Source: Candidatus Altiarchaeales archaeon IMC4
GTDB taxonomy: Archaea > Altiarchaeota > Altiarchaeia > IMC4
NCBI GenBank assembly: GCA_001742785.1
Contig: MCBF01000001.1
Coordinates: 1,233,086-1,243,471, forward strand
Direction of reading: 5' to 3'
DNA length: 10,386 nucleotides
How positions within the stretch are numbered: position 1 is the first letter of the stretch; every line of letters starts with the position of its first letter. The translations under genes and the position numbers were made by a program. Under the pieces are notes generated by a model. It did no database searches. It saw nothing but the letters and a program-made list of their open reading frames with translations, and was not told where the DNA came from. Positions 7,444-10,386 of this stretch are shown in pieces.

Positions 7444-8410
7444 TAATCAGGGATTGTTAAATAGGATATCTGATGTCAGGGGATCTGACGGAAATGGCGT
7501 GCAGGAGATATACCTCTCCGGGCCCCCAGAATATCTTGCCTCAGGAAGGATCATGCCACGCCTAGATATTGAAGGCTTCACCAGTATTCTTGGAAAAATA
7601 CATGACATGGGTTTGAGGGCGAACCTGATTTTGAATTCCACTTGTGAAGGCCTCGACTGGTACCACCCGAAAAATGTGAGCAGTGTCATAAGATATGTGA
7701 AGAAGATGCATACGGAGCATGGGCTTGAGGCAGTCACCGTGGCGAACCCGCTTTATCTGCAGAGGATAAGAAAAGAACTTCCTAAGATAGAGATAAATGC
7801 GTCTGTGCTGGCTGATATAGATTCCGTCCAAAGGGCTGTTTTCTTCAAAAAGTTAGGCGCGGACGTGATAATCCCCGACAGGGACATCAACAGGGACCTG
7901 GAACTGCTGAAGGAGGTAAAAGAGGCCGTTGACTGTGAACTGAAATTGATGGTGAACGAGGGCTGTTTGTTTAAATGCCCTTACCGGAAGTTTCATTTTA
8001 ACATGGTGTCCCATTGGTCGAAAGAGGGAAAAACGCCGAAAGACCAATTTTTCTTTAACTGCCACCACATAAGCAGGATAGACCCCTCCCAAATACTGAA
8101 GTCCTGCTGGATAAGGCCCGAAGACCTGAAAAAGTACTCCAAGATAACTGATTACTTTAAGATCAGCGGAAGGACGAGGGATACAGAATGGATTATAAAT
8201 GCTGCTAAAGCTTATCTAAACGAAGGGTTTAATGGGAATCTCCTTGAGATAATGGATAGTAACCTCAACGAGGTTAGGGTGCGGTATAATGCCTTCGTAG
8301 ACAACAAATCCCTCGACGGTTTTCTAAAGAAGGTCGCCTCGTGCGATAAGAACTGTTTTAGGTGCCATTACTGCGACGAACTCGCTACAAAAATTATCAA
8401 TTTCGCTTAA
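7409..8410 (+). CDS. U32-family Fe-S protein, paralog B
   Basis: 333 aa from ATG 7409 (MPNFKFSVPYN, the same start as paralog A). Same motifs: ASGR, ILNSTC, MVNEGCLFKCP, WIRPEDL, FKISGR and CDKNCFRCHYC. Confidence 0.87.
   Translation: MPNFKFSVPYNNNQGLLNRISDVRGSDGNGVQEIYLSGPPEYLASGRIMPRLDIEGFTSILGKIHDMGLRANLILNSTCEGLDWYHPKNVSSVIRYVKKMHTEHGLEAVTVANPLYLQRIRKELPKIEINASVLADIDSVQRAVFFKKLGADVIIPDRDINRDLELLKEVKEAVDCELKLMVNEGCLFKCPYRKFHFNMVSHWSKEGKTPKDQFFFNCHHISRIDPSQILKSCWIRPEDLKKYSKITDYFKISGRTRDTEWIINAAKAYLNEGFNGNLLEIMDSNLNEVRVRYNAFVDNKSLDGFLKKVASCDKNCFRCHYCDELATKIINFA
7856..7983 (+). repeat. 128-nt near-identical block shared by both U32 genes (copy B)
   Basis: Matches 4628-4755 at 126/128. Confidence 0.9.
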
Positions 8411-8428
8411 GTTCAATCCGCCCCGTGA

Positions 8429-8551
8429 TTAATCCTTAATGAGGAGCCATTTCCATATAGGGGTTATGTTTATCGTCTTGTTCTTGATGTCTCTTTCTTC
8501 CTCTTGGTCGGCTGTGATGATTAGATGTTTGGGGCACAAGTTTGAAAATCT
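8429..8551 (-). pseudogene. C-terminal remnant of an AAA+ ATP-binding protein (COG1373/DUF4143-like)
   Basis: Hand translation ...HLIITADQEEERDIKNKTINITPIWKWLLIKD* (TAA 8431-8429) resembles the family C-terminal pattern LIITxDxEE...IxxxPxWKWLL. There is an in-frame stop just upstream (8554-8552) and no ATG. Confidence 0.6.
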
Positions 8552-8581
8552 TTATAGCACAATTAGAGGTTTGGTAACAAA

Positions 8582-8603
8582 ACCTTTAATCAAGATTAAA
8601 GGT
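8582..8603. repeat. Perfect 10-bp inverted repeat just downstream of the HxsB gene (terminator or protein-binding site)
   Basis: ACCTTTAATC-aa-GATTAAAGGT, followed on the minus strand by TTTGTT. Confidence 0.6.
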
Positions 8604-8618
8604 AATGGACTATTCAAA

Positions 8619-10040
8619 TCAATTTCGTTTAAGCCCGACCCACTCCTTGACGATCTCGAATTTTTCCTTGTTTGGGATTATATCGCCAAATATGTAATCC
8701 AGCTGCCCTTTTTTCACAAGACAGTTGAAGGAATTCGGCCTTTGGATTATGTTGCCGTTCTCGCCGTAATTATCAACTATGCACGGGCCGCAGAATGGGT
8801 GATACACGCAGGTTGCGCAGTCAAATGACATCCCGGTTGACAGGCAGACAAGGTCCATCACCTTCTGGCTCGTATAAAGTTCCTTGTAAGTTGTTTCCTT
8901 GACGTTTCCTAGTATAAATTCCTCAAAACCGCGGGCTTCGTCGCAGGTGTAGATATTTCCGGCATAGTCGTACGACACCTGGCTCCATGCGCACCCGCAG
9001 GGGGATGCCATGCAGACAAAGTTGCAGTAGCTCTTTGAGAATATCATATTTCTTGCAACGATGTCAACGGCCCCTTCGACCATCTTTTCCCCGCTTTTGT
9101 TTAATTCAAGGATGTATTCGAGGCATTTTTTCCAGAAATCAAGGAACTCCTCATGGGAGTAGCCTATCGCTTTCCAGTTTTTCGTGGCTTCCCCGCCGAT
9201 ATTGAGCCTTCTTGCCCAGAACCTGTTCAGGCCAAGGCGCCTGTACTCATCCACTATCTCCTTCCAGTAGGGCAGGGAATACCTCGTGATGGTTGGCATG
9301 CAGGATATGCCCGCCCCTTTTTCCTGAAGCCTTTTTATCCAGTAGACGACATCGTCATAAGTCCCTTTTCCGCTGTCGTATTTGCGGTTGTGGTCGTGCA
9401 CGTGCTTTGGGCCGTCCAAAGAAGAGTTCAGCCCGATTTTATTTTTCAAGATAAAGTCCAGTTTTTCGTCGGTCATCTGGGTGAGGTTCGTGACGAGCCT
9501 GAACTCAACGTTCTTGTTCTTCTTTTTCTTTTGTTCGTTTGCGTATTTTATGATGAACTTGATTGTGTCGAAATTAAGCAGCGGTTCCCCCCCCTGGAGT
9601 TCTATCGTTATCGAATCGGAGGGGCACTGCATCGCGAAGTCTATAATCGCCTTTGCGGTGTCTTTTGTCATATCATATTCCTTGGCACCTTCAGGCCTTG
9701 AGTTTGCATAACAGTAGATGCACTTCTGGTTGCACCTTAAGGTGGGGGTCATTATGTGAAGCGTTGTCCCCTGATAGATCTGCTGGTACTTATTCCTGTA
9801 GTTTCCAGCTATCCTGTCCGAATCATCTTCGACAAGTATTATGCCTTCCTGCCTGAGCAGGTTGTACAACTGGATGTCATCTTCGACCTGCCCGTGCCTT
9901 AGCTTTCGAAACTCTTCTTCGGAGAGTATTGCCCAGCCGCCGTGCATCGTGGTCACCAGAAACCGACCTTCAGACAGATTCTTATGAAAGAATTCATTCA
10001 ATACGTACGCCTTCGTGTCTATTGAGTATGTGTATGCCAT
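8619..10040 (-). CDS. hxsB: His-Xaa-Ser system radical SAM/SPASM maturase HxsB-like
   Basis: TLHIMTPTLRCNQKCIYC, ITIELQGGEPLLNF, LVTNLT, SSLDGP..HD.NR, SPCGC..SQVSYDYAGNIYTCDEAR and SPASM CATCVYHPFCGPC, matching HxsB-type signatures. Adjacent to an HxsD-like gene. ATG 10040 is preferred over GTG 10049 (GGGTG SD-like motif upstream, 1 nt after the upstream stop). Confidence 0.8.
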   Translation of the reverse strand: MAYTYSIDTKAYVLNEFFHKNLSEGRFLVTTMHGGWAILSEEEFRKLRHGQVEDDIQLYNLLRQEGIILVEDDSDRIAGNYRNKYQQIYQGTTLHIMTPTLRCNQKCIYCYANSRPEGAKEYDMTKDTAKAIIDFAMQCPSDSITIELQGGEPLLNFDTIKFIIKYANEQKKKKNKNVEFRLVTNLTQMTDEKLDFILKNKIGLNSSLDGPKHVHDHNRKYDSGKGTYDDVVYWIKRLQEKGAGISCMPTITRYSLPYWKEIVDEYRRLGLNRFWARRLNIGGEATKNWKAIGYSHEEFLDFWKKCLEYILELNKSGEKMVEGAVDIVARNMIFSKSYCNFVCMASPCGCAWSQVSYDYAGNIYTCDEARGFEEFILGNVKETTYKELYTSQKVMDLVCLSTGMSFDCATCVYHPFCGPCIVDNYGENGNIIQRPNSFNCLVKKGQLDYIFGDIIPNKEKFEIVKEWVGLKRN

Positions 10041-10041
10041 T

Positions 10042-10290
10042 TTAAACACCCTTAACCTGCAGGTGCAGCGCCCAGTTTGCGAACTGGTATGCCACCTCTT
10101 CTATGTCATCATTCCCCTTAGGGGTTATCTCGGCAGTAATCCTTTTTTTGTCCCGGTCAAAAACCAGTTTTATCTTAGAGATGTCACTAAACCTCTCGCA
10201 GACCTCCGTGATATAGTACTGGTCGTAAAACTCGCTGTTGAATGTTAATGTCGCCTTTTTTTCCTTCCTGTTTATATCCACTGGGAACAT
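10042..10290 (-). CDS. hxsD: HxsD-like small protein (His-Xaa-Ser system)
   Basis: 82 aa. LTFNSEFYDQYYI...F.D and C-terminal YQFANWAL resemble the HxsD pattern. Translationally coupled directly upstream of the hxsB-like gene. Confidence 0.6.
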   Translation of the reverse strand: MFPVDINRKEKKATLTFNSEFYDQYYITEVCERFSDISKIKLVFDRDKKRITAEITPKGNDDIEEVAYQFANWALHLQVKGV

Positions 10291-10292
10291 AT

Positions 10293-10385
10293 TTATCTTT
10301 TGGAATACTGATTTAATAACCTAAATTTCTCCATGATTTTCCCCACTACGTCCAATAACTGATTTCTTGATACCTTTTTTCCACA
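10293..10385 (-). CDS. 3' end of an upstream gene of unknown product (truncated by window edge)
   Basis: Open frame ...CGKKVSRNQLLDVVGKIMEKFRLLNQYSKR* ends at TAA 10295-10293, 2 nt before the hxsD-like ATG. Confidence 0.45.
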   Translation of the reverse strand, partial: CGKKVSRNQLLDVVGKIMEKFRLLNQYSKR

Positions 10386-10386
10386 A

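Noticed and set aside
4628..7983. Diversity-generating retroelement TR/VR interpretation of the 128-nt repeat
   Set aside because: Only two mismatches, both copies lie mid-gene in coding paralogs, and no reverse transcriptase is in the window.
8439..8828. 129-aa plus-strand ORF with a hydrophobic N-terminus (possible secreted precursor)
   Set aside because: It is antisense to hxsB and to the ATPase remnant. The hydrophobicity likely mirrors the purine-rich opposite strand.
690..10248. Many other short ORFs in the track nested in or antisense to large genes
   Set aside because: They are shadow frames of well-supported CDSs, with no motifs or independent signals.

Overview
Gene-dense, probably archaeal accessory region (TATA-like boxes about 25 nt upstream of several ATGs, FlaK-type A24 peptidase). 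It is packed with Fe-S/metallo tailoring enzymes. Minus strand: HxsD-like small protein and HxsB-type radical SAM/SPASM maturase, an acetylene-hydratase-like Mo/W-bisPGD enzyme, a second (HxsC-like) radical SAM protein, an A24 prepilin/preflagellin peptidase and a NodU/CmcH O-carbamoyltransferase. Plus strand: two paralogous U32-family Fe-S proteins flanking the Mo/W enzyme. Together they look like an expanded, undescribed peptide/protein-modification cluster; no precursor is visible in the window. The region is mosaic. The U32 paralogs share a 35-nt identical 5' end and a 128-nt block with 126 identities inside otherwise diverged sequence. The carbamoyltransferase is bracketed by a 13-bp direct repeat. 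Two gene remnants are missed by the ORF track (PQQ-type beta-propeller-like, AAA ATPase C-terminus), and several perfect short-spacer palindromes lie at module junctions. All family calls come from motif recognition by eye, not from database searches.
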